DNA of 36,731 nucleotides from Tubiluchus corallicola (lineage: Eukaryota > Animalia > Priapulida): NCBI GenBank assembly GCA_030141605.1, contig JAQGDQ010002442.1, positions 1-36,731 of the forward strand, read 5' to 3'. The translations under genes were made by a program, and so were the position numbers. Shown piece after piece: positions 1 through 9,204 of this stretch; position 1 is the first letter of the stretch; each line of letters opens with the position of its first letter. Under the pieces are notes generated by a model. That model searched no databases and was not told the origin of the DNA. It worked only from the letters and a program-made list of their open reading frames with translations.

Positions 1-678
1 ATAATCATATTTTTGTTGATGGGTAAAGTTTTTTTTCATCCATTCATCATTGTGGTATAATTTAGAAAAACTCTTTTGTTTTTTATACATTTTTTGTGGC
101 TCTCTTGCCCAACCATAATGATAAATAGATGCATCTATTAGCTTCACACGTAATTTTTTGTTTTCTCCCTTTCTAAAACCCTGAGCATCTCTATATGAAT
201 ATATAGAGCTATTATTACGTATCACTCTAACTTCTCTTCTATACCAGCGAGGTGAATCTCCAATATATTTGTATGAGCCATAGAAATGCAAATACTTAAA
301 AAGTAAGCCATCTACCTTTTTGTTATCTTTCCACTTTTGCATGGCATTATAAATAGTGTTCAAATCTTTTTCATGTATCACCTCATCGCTTTGTACATAC
401 ACTCCCCAATGACTATCGTCTGGTATGGAGCTTAGAGCAATATTTGTTTGTTGTGCCAATACTTTTCCACCCTCTCTCAGTGTGTCCTCCCATACTGTTT
501 CTAGTACTTTTATCTTTTTCTTATCTATATTTTTAACTACCTCTAAGGTGTTATCATCTGATTTGCCTACGGCAACAACTATTTCATCACATAGAGGCAA
601 AATGGATGTTAAAGCTTCTTTTATGGGATAACCTAATTTTATGGCATTTCTGACAAAACTAAATCCTGTAACCTTCAT
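1..678 (-). CDS. Glycosyltransferase family 2 protein, partial (runs off the window start)
   Basis: Not in the ORF track. Manual translation from the minus-strand ATG at 678 gives MKVTGFSFVRNAIKLGYPIKEALTSILPLCDEIVVAVGKSDDNT...YVQSDEVIHE, a typical Bacteroidota GT2 N-terminus. Confidence 0.88.
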   Translation of the reverse strand, partial: MKVTGFSFVRNAIKLGYPIKEALTSILPLCDEIVVAVGKSDDNTLEVVKNIDKKKIKVLETVWEDTLREGGKVLAQQTNIALSSIPDDSHWGVYVQSDEVIHEKDLNTIYNAMQKWKDNKKVDGLLFKYLHFYGSYKYIGDSPRWYRREVRVIRNNSSIYSYRDAQGFRKGENKKLRVKLIDASIYHYGWAREPQKMYKKQKSFSKLYHNDEWMKKNFTHQQKYDY

Positions 679-974
679 TTATTACATTTGATAGATGGTA
701 TAATTATTTCAAAAATAATGTAAAAAAAACATTTTTTTAGCTTTTGCTCTATTCTTTTTTTGGCACTTAATAACATTTCATTATATTAGCCTTTCATGCT
801 TGGATGCAAAAGGAATTTTATTTTTTTTTGATAAAATGCAAAAAAGTGTGATTTTAGTATAAAATTAGCATAAAAGAAAAATCAATATTTTTAAAACTAT
901 TGATAACCAATTTTTTTATAAATTTAGCAATATTATTTGTATAGACTTTAATTTAACTAAAACTTTATTTAATT

Positions 975-2456
975 ATGAAAGCGTTTTATTTAGAAGCAAA
1001 ATTCATTCTATTGACCATTCTGTTTTTTGCTCTTTCGTTAGCGGCATGGGGACAATCGGTAACTATAACAGGAAAAGTAACAGACGAAGATAACGAGCCT
1101 TTGCCGGGAGTTAATATTGCCATTAAAGGCACTCAAAGTGGAACTATTACTGATATGGATGGTAATTATAGCTTAAATGTCACGCCAGAAAATACGCTAA
1201 TTTTTACTTACATTGGCATGCATAGCTCACAAGAAGAAGTAGGAGCAAGAACTCGTATTGATGTAGTTATGCAATCAGATGCTTCTGAGCTGCAAGAAGT
1301 GGTTGTTACAGGCTACTCTACGCAAGAAAAACGTGATATTACTGGTGCTGTTACTTCTGTTGATTCTGAAGAATTAAATGCAGTTACCACATCTAACTTT
1401 GCTCAACAATTACAAGGACGAGCTTCAGGAGTTATGGTAGGAAATCAAAACTCTCCCGGTGGCAATGCTATGATAAGAATAAGAGGCTTTACTACTATTA
1501 ATGAAAACAACCCTCTATATGTAATAGATGGAGTGCCCACACAAGACTCAGAGGCATTGAATGCATTAAACCCTAGCAATATAGAGTCTATACAAATTCT
1601 TAAAGACGCCTCATCATCTTCTATTTATGGTGCGAGAGCTTCAGGAGGAGTGGTATTAGTTACTACAAAAAAAGGAGAAAAAGGAGAGTCAAAATTTACT
1701 TTTTATAGTCGATTTGGACTACAAAGAGCAGCTTCAAAATTAGACTTAATGAATTCTGCTCAAAGAATGGAAGTAGAGAAACTGAGGCAATTAGGAGCAG
1801 GCATAAACCCAAATGATATTGATCACCCTCAGTATGGAACAGGAGTAGATAATTGGAAATTACCAGACTATATTGTTCCTACGGCAGCTATGGAAGGAGA
1901 CCCGCTCACGTTGCCAGAAAATTATAATAGAGATCCCAATGCAGGCGATCTTAATATAATTACTAGAGCGAATAAAGAAGGTACAGATTGGCAAGATGAA
2001 ATTTTTACAGTTGCTCCTATCCAAGAATATAACCTTGGGGTATTGGGAGGTGGAAATCAAGGCACGTATGCTGTCAACGCAAATTATTTTAGACAAGATG
2101 GAATTATCATACATACATTTTTTGAAAGAATGTCTTTGAGAGTAAATACTAGCACAAAAATAAAAGATAAATTAACAGTTGGAGAAAATTTAGAAGTAAG
2201 TGTCTCTAATTATAGAACTGATGGAAAAAACGCTGAGGACAGCCCTTTTTCTTACACGTATAGAATGCAACCAATCGTTCCGGTGTATGATATAATGGGA
2301 GGTTTTGCTAACAGTGCAGAAGGTATGGGAAATGCACGAAATCCTGTAGCTATTTTGACTAGAGAAAAGGAGAATATAAGGCGTAGATATCAAGTTTTTG
2401 GAAACATGTTTTTGGAAGCAAAAAAATTCATAGAAAAGAATAAAAAAAGTAATTAA
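975..2456 (+). pseudogene. SusC/RagA family TonB-dependent receptor, C-terminally truncated (signal peptide, N-terminal extension, plug and first barrel strands only)
   Basis: SusC motifs present: ITGKVTD..PLPGVNI, EVVVTGY, PLYVIDGVP, SIQILKDASSSSIYGARASGGVVLVTTKKG, TDWQDEIF. Only 493 aa versus about 1000 or more for full SusC. It ends in an A-rich tail (KKFIEKNKKSN) and no susD follows. Confidence 0.8.
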
Positions 2457-2478
2457 AGAAGTCACTTTTCAAATTTAA

Positions 2479-4494
2479 ATGACAGAAAAACAAGCAGAAA
2501 AAGAGATAAAGCATCTTATAGAACGCATTGAACATTATAATGTTCAATATTATCAAAATGATATTTCAGAAATATCTGATTATGAGTTTGATATATTGCT
2601 AAAAAAACTTGAAAAACTTGAAGGTGCATACCCACAATTTCGCTATCCCTTTTCTCCTACACTTCGAGTAGGCGGAACAATAACAAAACATTTTGAGACA
2701 GCAACACATACCTATCAAATGTTGTCATTAAGCAATACGTATTCGAAAGAAGAACTAACAGAGTTTGACAACAGAGTAATAAAAAATTTAAGTGCAGAAA
2801 AATATGAGTATATAGCCGAACTCAAATTTGACGGCATCGCCATAAGCATAACATATGAAAATGGCATATTAGTAAAAGCCGTTACACGAGGTGATGGAAT
2901 GCAAGGAGATAATGTTACAGATAACATAAAAACTATACGTTCATTGCCTTTGCGGATAAAAAACAAAAATGTTTTTCCTGAAAAATTTGAAGTTCGAGGA
3001 GAGGTGTTTATGCCCCTAAAAATATTTGATGCAATTAATGAAGAAAAAAAAAGAATCGGTGAGACACTGCTTGCCAATCCAAGAAACACCGCATCAGGAG
3101 CATTGAAAATGCAAGATTCGTCATTGGTAGCAAAGCGAAAATTAGACTGTTATATATATGATTTTCTATCTGAAGGAAAAACTGTTCCTACACATTATAA
3201 TGCAATAAAAATGCTAGAGAAAGAAGGATTTAAAATTTCTCCAACCTATCAAAAGTGCAAAAATATAAATAACGTCTTTGATTATATACAAAAATGGGAA
3301 ACCCAACAAAACTCCTTACCTCTCAAAATAGATGGCGTAGTTATCAAGATTAATAGTTTTCAACAAAGGGAGAAACTAGGATCCACAAGCAAAGCCCCAA
3401 GGTGGGCTATTGCATATAAATATCAAGCTCAAAAAGCTGTTACCAAGTTGCTGAACATCACCTATCAAGTAGGTCGTACGGGAGCTATAACTCCTGTGGC
3501 AGAGTTAAAACCTGTGCAGCTATCTGGAACAGTAGTAAAGCGAGCCTCCCTACACAATGCTAACGAAATAGAAAGATTGGATATTCGCATTGGTGATAAT
3601 GTAGTAGTAGAAAAAAGAGGAGAAATCATTCCCAAAGTGATAGAAGTAAACACAAGCAAAAGGAAACAGAAACTACCCCCTACTATTTTTATTGACACAT
3701 GCCCCGAATGCTCGACAAAGCTAGCCAAAAATAAAGAAGACGCTATATACCATTGCCCCAACACATACCATTGCCCTCCACAAGTAAAAGGAAGAATAGA
3801 GCATTTCGCAAGCCGAGATGCTATGGATATAAACACATTGGGCAAAAAAACTGTCAATCTGTTATATCAAAATAAGCTAATACAAAATCCCGCTGACATA
3901 TATATCATAAAAGAGGCAGATATCTTACCTTTGGAGAGGTTTAAAGAGCTTTCAACTCAAAGCCTGTTAGATGGCATAGAAAAATCAAAGAAGCGGCCAT
4001 TCGAAAATCTTTTTTTCGCATTAGGCATCAAACATGTCGGCAAAACAATAGCCGAAAAATTAGTATCACATTTTAAAAACATTGATAGCCTAATGGAGGC
4101 TCAAATAGAAGATTTTGTACAAGTAAATGAAATAGGTGAGCAAATAGCCAACAGTGTTTATTCCTTTTTTAGGAGTGAATACGGGAAAAACATTGTTGAA
4201 AGGCTAAAAACATATAATTTAAACTTTGAAACAACAAATAAAGAAACAAACCTAAATAGTACTATATTTGTTGAAAAATCATTTGTCGTGTCTGGCATTT
4301 TTGAAAATTTTAGCAGAATGAGCATTCAAAAAACCATTAAAGAACATGGCGGTAAGGTTGTTTCGTCAATAAGCTCAAAACTTAGCTATTTGCTTATAGG
4401 CAACAAACCTGGTGAAGCAAAACTCAAAAAAGCTCAAGCACTAAACATTAAAGTTATTTCAGAATTTGAATTCTTACAAATGACAAATAAATAA
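2479..4494 (+). CDS. ligA: NAD-dependent DNA ligase
   Basis: Adenylation motif ELKFDG, TRGDG, EVRGE, NPRN, a C4 zinc finger (CPEC...CPN...C), HhH repeats and a C-terminal BRCT; 671 aa. Confidence 0.98.
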   Translation: MTEKQAEKEIKHLIERIEHYNVQYYQNDISEISDYEFDILLKKLEKLEGAYPQFRYPFSPTLRVGGTITKHFETATHTYQMLSLSNTYSKEELTEFDNRVIKNLSAEKYEYIAELKFDGIAISITYENGILVKAVTRGDGMQGDNVTDNIKTIRSLPLRIKNKNVFPEKFEVRGEVFMPLKIFDAINEEKKRIGETLLANPRNTASGALKMQDSSLVAKRKLDCYIYDFLSEGKTVPTHYNAIKMLEKEGFKISPTYQKCKNINNVFDYIQKWETQQNSLPLKIDGVVIKINSFQQREKLGSTSKAPRWAIAYKYQAQKAVTKLLNITYQVGRTGAITPVAELKPVQLSGTVVKRASLHNANEIERLDIRIGDNVVVEKRGEIIPKVIEVNTSKRKQKLPPTIFIDTCPECSTKLAKNKEDAIYHCPNTYHCPPQVKGRIEHFASRDAMDINTLGKKTVNLLYQNKLIQNPADIYIIKEADILPLERFKELSTQSLLDGIEKSKKRPFENLFFALGIKHVGKTIAEKLVSHFKNIDSLMEAQIEDFVQVNEIGEQIANSVYSFFRSEYGKNIVERLKTYNLNFETTNKETNLNSTIFVEKSFVVSGIFENFSRMSIQKTIKEHGGKVVSSISSKLSYLLIGNKPGEAKLKKAQALNIKVISEFEFLQMTNK

Positions 4495-4504
4495 AACACT
4501 AAAA

Positions 4505-5023
4505 ATGCTATTTATAAAGCCGCTTATAAAAAAACTCTTAAAGCAAAGAGTTAAAAAACCAATAGTCCCTATAAAAAAAGCGAAAAAAGTAGCAATACTG
4601 TCTACATTTCACAATAGTGAACTATTTGAAAAAATAAAACTATGGAGAGCACAATTTGAATATCGGCAAGCAAAAGTAGTACACATTTGCTTCTTCCCTA
4701 AAGCACATGATATTTTTCCCGAAACAAAAAAACATGCATATTGTTTTTCAAAAAATAATTTTAGCTTATTTGGAAAAACCAAAAAGCAATATGCAAAGTT
4801 AGAAAAAGTACAAACAGATGATTATGATTTTTTATTACATTTAGACTTTCAATCGCATGAGTATACTGATTTTTTATTAGCACGCCTAAAGGCTAAATAC
4901 AAGATAGGGGTATTTGATGAAAACAGAGAGGCATTCTATGACTTAATGTTAATGATTGATAAGGACAAAAGCTTTGATTATCTTTGGCAACAAGTAACAC
5001 GCTACTTGCAACTAATAAAATAA
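4505..5023 (+). CDS. Conserved Bacteroidota hypothetical protein (DUF6913-like), normally between ligA and dapA
   Basis: 172 aa ORF with F.LFGK, YDFLLHL, AKYKIG and YDLML motifs, directly downstream of ligA. Confidence 0.75.
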   Translation: MLFIKPLIKKLLKQRVKKPIVPIKKAKKVAILSTFHNSELFEKIKLWRAQFEYRQAKVVHICFFPKAHDIFPETKKHAYCFSKNNFSLFGKTKKQYAKLEKVQTDDYDFLLHLDFQSHEYTDFLLARLKAKYKIGVFDENREAFYDLMLMIDKDKSFDYLWQQVTRYLQLIK

Positions 5024-5043
5024 TTTAACAACAAAATAGTCAC

Positions 5044-5070
5044 AACTCACTACACTGCTATTGCCAACAA
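5044..5070 (+). repeat. Direct repeat copy 1: 27-bp fragment of internal dapA sequence
   Basis: AACTCACTACACTGCTATTGCCAACAA matches 7412-7438 (AACTCACTACACTGCTATTGCCGACAA) at 26 of 27 positions. Confidence 0.92.
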
Positions 5071-5110
5071 AGAAAGTTTTGGGTTTACAACAGGAAGATA
5101 AATAAATGGA

Positions 5111-5788
5111 TTATTTTCTTAATAAATAGCTTAATTCTATAGAAAGCGTGTTATTTCTATAAGAAGCGTGATCTGTAATTACAACTTCAAGCTCCTGATC
5201 TGGAATATATTCTCTAGTAATATCTTTTTTATTCGACCTATATAAACGAGCACTAAGGATAAACCTTGGAGAAATATTAGTAGATAAACCTACCATGAGC
5301 TCTCCATCCCAATAACTTTTATCAACTCTAACAGTATTGTGATGCCAAACATCGAAAGTATACCCGCATAGATAGCCGACATCTATGCTCAAATTAGAGG
5401 TTGATTTTAATTCTTTGAATGGGTAAAACTTCAACATCATGCCTAACGTAAGATATTCCACTTTTTTCGATGATAAATCAAAAGTATAACTGCCTTGATC
5501 TACACCAATAATGCTACGTTGACGAAGGTTAAAATTCACATTTGTTTTTAACCAATCTTTAAGATGAGTTTCAGCAAAAATGCCCACCATTTCTCTATAA
5601 ACCCCATAACTATTATCCAATGGTGTACTGTGGAATGAAAAAGACTTTGTTATCTTTGCTTCACTAAAGTTAAATCCAACAGTAACACCATATTGTATTT
5701 TAAAATTATTCGATTTCTCTTTCTCTTGTGAGAAAACAAAAAAAGAAAATAAAAAAATAAAGCATCCTGTAAAAATTATTTTTTTCAT
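5111..5788 (-). CDS. Small outer-membrane beta-barrel protein (porin/PorT-like family)
   Basis: Sec signal peptide MKKIIFTGCFIFLFSFFVFSQ, first strand QYGVTVGFNFS, alternating amphipathic strands and terminal strand NTLSIELSYLL. Confidence 0.75.
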   Translation of the reverse strand: MKKIIFTGCFIFLFSFFVFSQEKEKSNNFKIQYGVTVGFNFSEAKITKSFSFHSTPLDNSYGVYREMVGIFAETHLKDWLKTNVNFNLRQRSIIGVDQGSYTFDLSSKKVEYLTLGMMLKFYPFKELKSTSNLSIDVGYLCGYTFDVWHHNTVRVDKSYWDGELMVGLSTNISPRFILSARLYRSNKKDITREYIPDQELEVVITDHASYRNNTLSIELSYLLRK

Positions 5789-5800
5789 ATTTTTTTATAT

Positions 5801-6833
5801 TTAACGTTGAGACGTATTATGATGTATATGAATAGTAATTTCGTTAATTCCAGATCCGCCTGTAGCATGTATGAAGGCAGACGAAAAACGTACGTTAAAT
5901 CCATCTGCTGGAAACTCCAGTTCAATTTGCCTATTACCATCAATTTGTGGCACTGTATGGCTTCGTCCATTACTAAAGGTAATATACATGCCAGGTTTAT
6001 TTAACTTAATTTTACCTCTGTTATACCATTTACCCCAGGATTTTTTTTCTGATCTTACCCATAATACAGCATAGTCAGAGGTAAAACCCCTTCCAAAGTC
6101 GCTGTATATGATAGTATGCATGTAAGTCTTTCTTCCTCCCTTTCTGTCTTCTGCTTTTAATTCTCTCGTGTATGCCGCTGAGATTTTAGCATTTTCTGCT
6201 GGTGCTGGGTTAATATTAATATATTGAACAATCCTCATATTTTCATCTTCATATTGAATTTTTGAATTGGATTGATTATCAAGTGTTTTTAGATTGATTT
6301 TTTTATTTACATCATCTATCTTTTCATTAAAATCTTTATTTAACCCATCCATAAAAGCATACGCTTTATCTTCTGTTATTTTATACAAAGTATCTGCTAT
6401 GAATAGCAGCCCGTCTTTGTTAACAACTTTAGAATAACCAACTTTAATCTTTATATCTACTCTATCTTCTTGATCTGTAAGAATATCCCTATTATTTTCA
6501 ATAATTCTATTAAACTGTTCTTCATTATTTTCTGATTCGTTCAATTTTCTTAATAGGTTATTATATTCGGTTTTCATGGAAATAAAATTATTTTTTTGCT
6601 CCCAATTTAATCTTTCCTCATCATCCCATTGTATCATTTTTTCATAAAAACTTGTGAATGCTTCGTTTGATGAGAAATGCAATGTGTTTTCTTTTGCAAA
6701 CACATCTTTTCCGCTTTCTGTAGAATTGTTAGTACTCATGTCTTCTATTACCTCATCATTGCGACAAGCATCAAATATAAAATAATAATAATATAGAAGC
6801 TGTAAGAAAGGATATAATGGCAATTTTTTTCAT
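5801..6833 (-). pseudogene. DUF4848-like lipoprotein with an apparent 1-nt frameshift in its signal peptide
   Basis: The ATG at 6833 reads MKKIAIISFLTASILLLFYI-stop. Removing one T near 6779-6782 gives MKKIAIISFLTASILLLFIFDA-C-RNDEVIED in frame with the 340-aa ORF. The body has the LHFSSNEAF...EERLNWEQKNNFISM and VVNKDGLLFIADTLYKI motifs that I associate with DUF4848. Confidence 0.68.
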
Positions 6834-6878
6834 AATTTTTTAAAATTTAAAATATTTTTAGTAATAACTTTAACTCAT

Positions 6879-6910
6879 CAAATGTAGTGAAAACGCATAA
6901 ACTTTACAAA
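6879..6910 (-). promoter_or_regulatory. Bacteroidota primary-sigma promoter (-33 TTTG, -7 TACATTTG) for the lipoprotein/barrel pair
   Basis: Minus strand has TTTG (6910-6907), a 20-nt spacer and TACATTTG (6886-6879). This matches the TTTG-N19-21-TAnnTTTG consensus, 45 nt upstream of the ATG at 6833. Confidence 0.75.
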
Positions 6911-7058
6911 TTTTTTTGCTAAAAAATAAAAAAATCACAGAGATAGTTTAGTGCTTTTAACTATCATATCTACTACGATTAAATCATTTTTTTACTTTTT
7001 GAATTTTATTTGTTTTATTATCTATTTTATGCTTACCTTTATGTTGTAATTTTAAATT

Positions 7059-7943
7059 ATGAAACATCTACAAGGAACAGGAACAGCACTGGTGACACCA
7101 TTTACCAAAGACTTGAGTATTGATTTTAATGCTTTAAAACTACTCTTAGATCATAACGCTTCTAATGGAGTAAACTATTTTGTAGTCTGTGGTACAACAG
7201 GGGAGTCTGCCACTACTTCTTTTAAAGAAAAAATGGCATTGCTTAATTTTGTCAAAGAAAATAACTCGCAAAGGTTACCAGTCGTATTTTCCATAGGAGG
7301 CAATAACACAAAAGAGATTATACATCAAATTAAAAGCACCGACTTTAACGGCGTATCTGCCTTATTAAGTGTAAGCCCTTATTACAATTGCCCTACTCAA
7401 AATGCTATTATAACTCACTACACTGCTATTGCCGACAATTGCCCCGTGCCCATAATACTATACAACGTTCCTTCCCGCACAGCCTCTAACATATTGCCCG
7501 AAACCACTTTAAAACTTGCAGAACATTCCAACATTGCTGCCATTAAAGAAGCATCTGGAAATGTAAAACAAATTATAGACATCTTCACGCATATTCCTGA
7601 TAACTTTTCAGTTATATCTGGTGATGATATGTGCACACTGCCCATGATTTCATTAGGAGCAAAGGGAGTTATATCTGTACTCTCCAATGCCTTCCCAAAA
7701 GAAATGTCTCAAATGGTGTCTTTTAGTCTAAAAAAAGATTTTGACAAAGCTAAACAACACCTTTTCCTTCTAAATAAAATCAACAAATATGCTTATATCG
7801 AAGGAAATCCAGTAGGCATAAAAGAGATGTTACGACAGAAAAAAATTACAGAAAGCTACGTACGGTTGCCATTAATGGCTGCCTCGCCTAATTTGCAAAC
7901 ACAAATTAAAACTGCCTTTAGTGAGCAAATTTTTTGCACATAA
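7059..7943 (+). CDS. dapA: 4-hydroxy-tetrahydrodipicolinate synthase
   Basis: GTTGES, SPYYN, LYNVPSRT, IKEASG (Schiff-base Lys), SGDD and NPVGIK motifs. Confidence 0.96.
   Translation: MKHLQGTGTALVTPFTKDLSIDFNALKLLLDHNASNGVNYFVVCGTTGESATTSFKEKMALLNFVKENNSQRLPVVFSIGGNNTKEIIHQIKSTDFNGVSALLSVSPYYNCPTQNAIITHYTAIADNCPVPIILYNVPSRTASNILPETTLKLAEHSNIAAIKEASGNVKQIIDIFTHIPDNFSVISGDDMCTLPMISLGAKGVISVLSNAFPKEMSQMVSFSLKKDFDKAKQHLFLLNKINKYAYIEGNPVGIKEMLRQKKITESYVRLPLMAASPNLQTQIKTAFSEQIFCT
7412..7438 (+). repeat. Direct repeat copy 2, inside dapA codons 118-127 (I-T-H-Y-T-A-I-A-D-N)
   Basis: 26 of 27 positions identical to 5044-5070. Confidence 0.92.
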
Positions 7944-7955
7944 AATTCAAATTTT

Positions 7956-9194
7956 ATGCAAAAAATACTTATAAAAAAAAAGGAGCACATCAATTATGGT
8001 CAACCATCCCTAAGTTCATCAAAAAGCGAAAGCAATAGGGTACTAATCATCAATGCCTTATCTGGCAACAAGATTGAAAAGTTAGAAAACGTCTCAACAG
8101 CAAGAGATACTCAAACCCTCATCAGGTTGCTCAAAAGCAAAGAAAAAGAATTAGACGTAATAGATGCAGGCACTACTATGCGGTTTTTAACAGCTTTTTT
8201 TGCAATAAAAAAAAAGCACAAAATATTAATAGGTACAAAAAGAATGTGTGAACGTCCAATAAAAATTTTGGTAGACGCTCTACAACAAATAGGCACACAA
8301 ATAGAGTACAAAGAAAAAGTGGGATTCCCCCCCATAGAAATAAAGAAGTTTGAAAAACAAACATCTAATACCATTGCCATCGCTGGCAATGTGAGCAGTC
8401 AATACATTTCTGCGCTAATGATGATAGCCCCTGTTTTACCTAATGGGTTAACAATTAAGTTATGTAACGGTATTAGTAGCCAACCATATGTTGAAATGAC
8501 AAAGACAATAATGCAGAAATTTAATGTCAATGTTTCCTTTGAAAACAACACTATTTCTATAATTCCTCAAAACTATCTTGCTCCTTCAGCTTACTCTATT
8601 GAAAATGATTGGAGTGGCGCAAGTTATTGGTTTTCCATTACATCATTATCGCAAAAAGCAGAAATATTTTTGCCAAAACTTCAACATAAATCCATACAAG
8701 GAGACAAAAAGATAGTAGAATTTATGCAAAAACTTGGTGTAACAGCTTCTTTTAAAAATCAAGGTGTCTTGCTTGCTAAAAGTAATACCATAAAAAACAA
8801 TTTGAATTTTGACTTTGAACATTGCCCTGACTTAGCTCAGACAGTAATTGTAGCCTGTGCTGCACACAACATTTCATGTAAGATAACAGGGATTCAAAGC
8901 CTAAGAATAAAAGAGACTGATAGAATAGCAGCACTACAAACAGAGCTTAATAAATTTAATTGTAGCTTAAAAGAAACGACAAAAGACACATATCAACTTT
9001 TATCTAATTTTAAAATAAAAGGGACTCCTGAAGTAGATACCTATAATGATCACAGAATGGCAATGGCTTTTGCTCCTCTCGCCACATTAAGTGATGTAGT
9101 TATCAACAATCCCAACGTTGTCAATAAATCCTATCCTAATTTTTGGAAAGATATGAAAAAGTTAGGTTTTAGTATATCCATTACAAATGGATAG
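7956..9194 (+). CDS. aroA: 3-phosphoshikimate 1-carboxyvinyltransferase (EPSP synthase)
   Basis: SKSESNR, AGTTMRF, SSQYISA, RIKETDRI, DHRMAMAF and KSYPNFW motifs. Confidence 0.97.
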   Translation: MQKILIKKKEHINYGQPSLSSSKSESNRVLIINALSGNKIEKLENVSTARDTQTLIRLLKSKEKELDVIDAGTTMRFLTAFFAIKKKHKILIGTKRMCERPIKILVDALQQIGTQIEYKEKVGFPPIEIKKFEKQTSNTIAIAGNVSSQYISALMMIAPVLPNGLTIKLCNGISSQPYVEMTKTIMQKFNVNVSFENNTISIIPQNYLAPSAYSIENDWSGASYWFSITSLSQKAEIFLPKLQHKSIQGDKKIVEFMQKLGVTASFKNQGVLLAKSNTIKNNLNFDFEHCPDLAQTVIVACAAHNISCKITGIQSLRIKETDRIAALQTELNKFNCSLKETTKDTYQLLSNFKIKGTPEVDTYNDHRMAMAFAPLATLSDVVINNPNVVNKSYPNFWKDMKKLGFSISITNG

Positions 9195-9204
9195 AAAAGA
9201 ATAG

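Noticed and set aside
425-631. 68-aa plus-strand ORF
   Set aside because: Antisense shadow of the GT2 gene at 1-678.
6821-6823. TTG start giving MPLYPFLQLLYYYYFIFDAC
   Set aside because: It lacks a basic n-region and a proper hydrophobic core. The ATG at 6833 with a frameshift explains the sequence better.
7022-7050. TTATGTTGTAA resembling a XerD arm of dif
   Set aside because: No matching XerC arm or spacer. It overlaps a probable dapA promoter variant (TACCTTTA).
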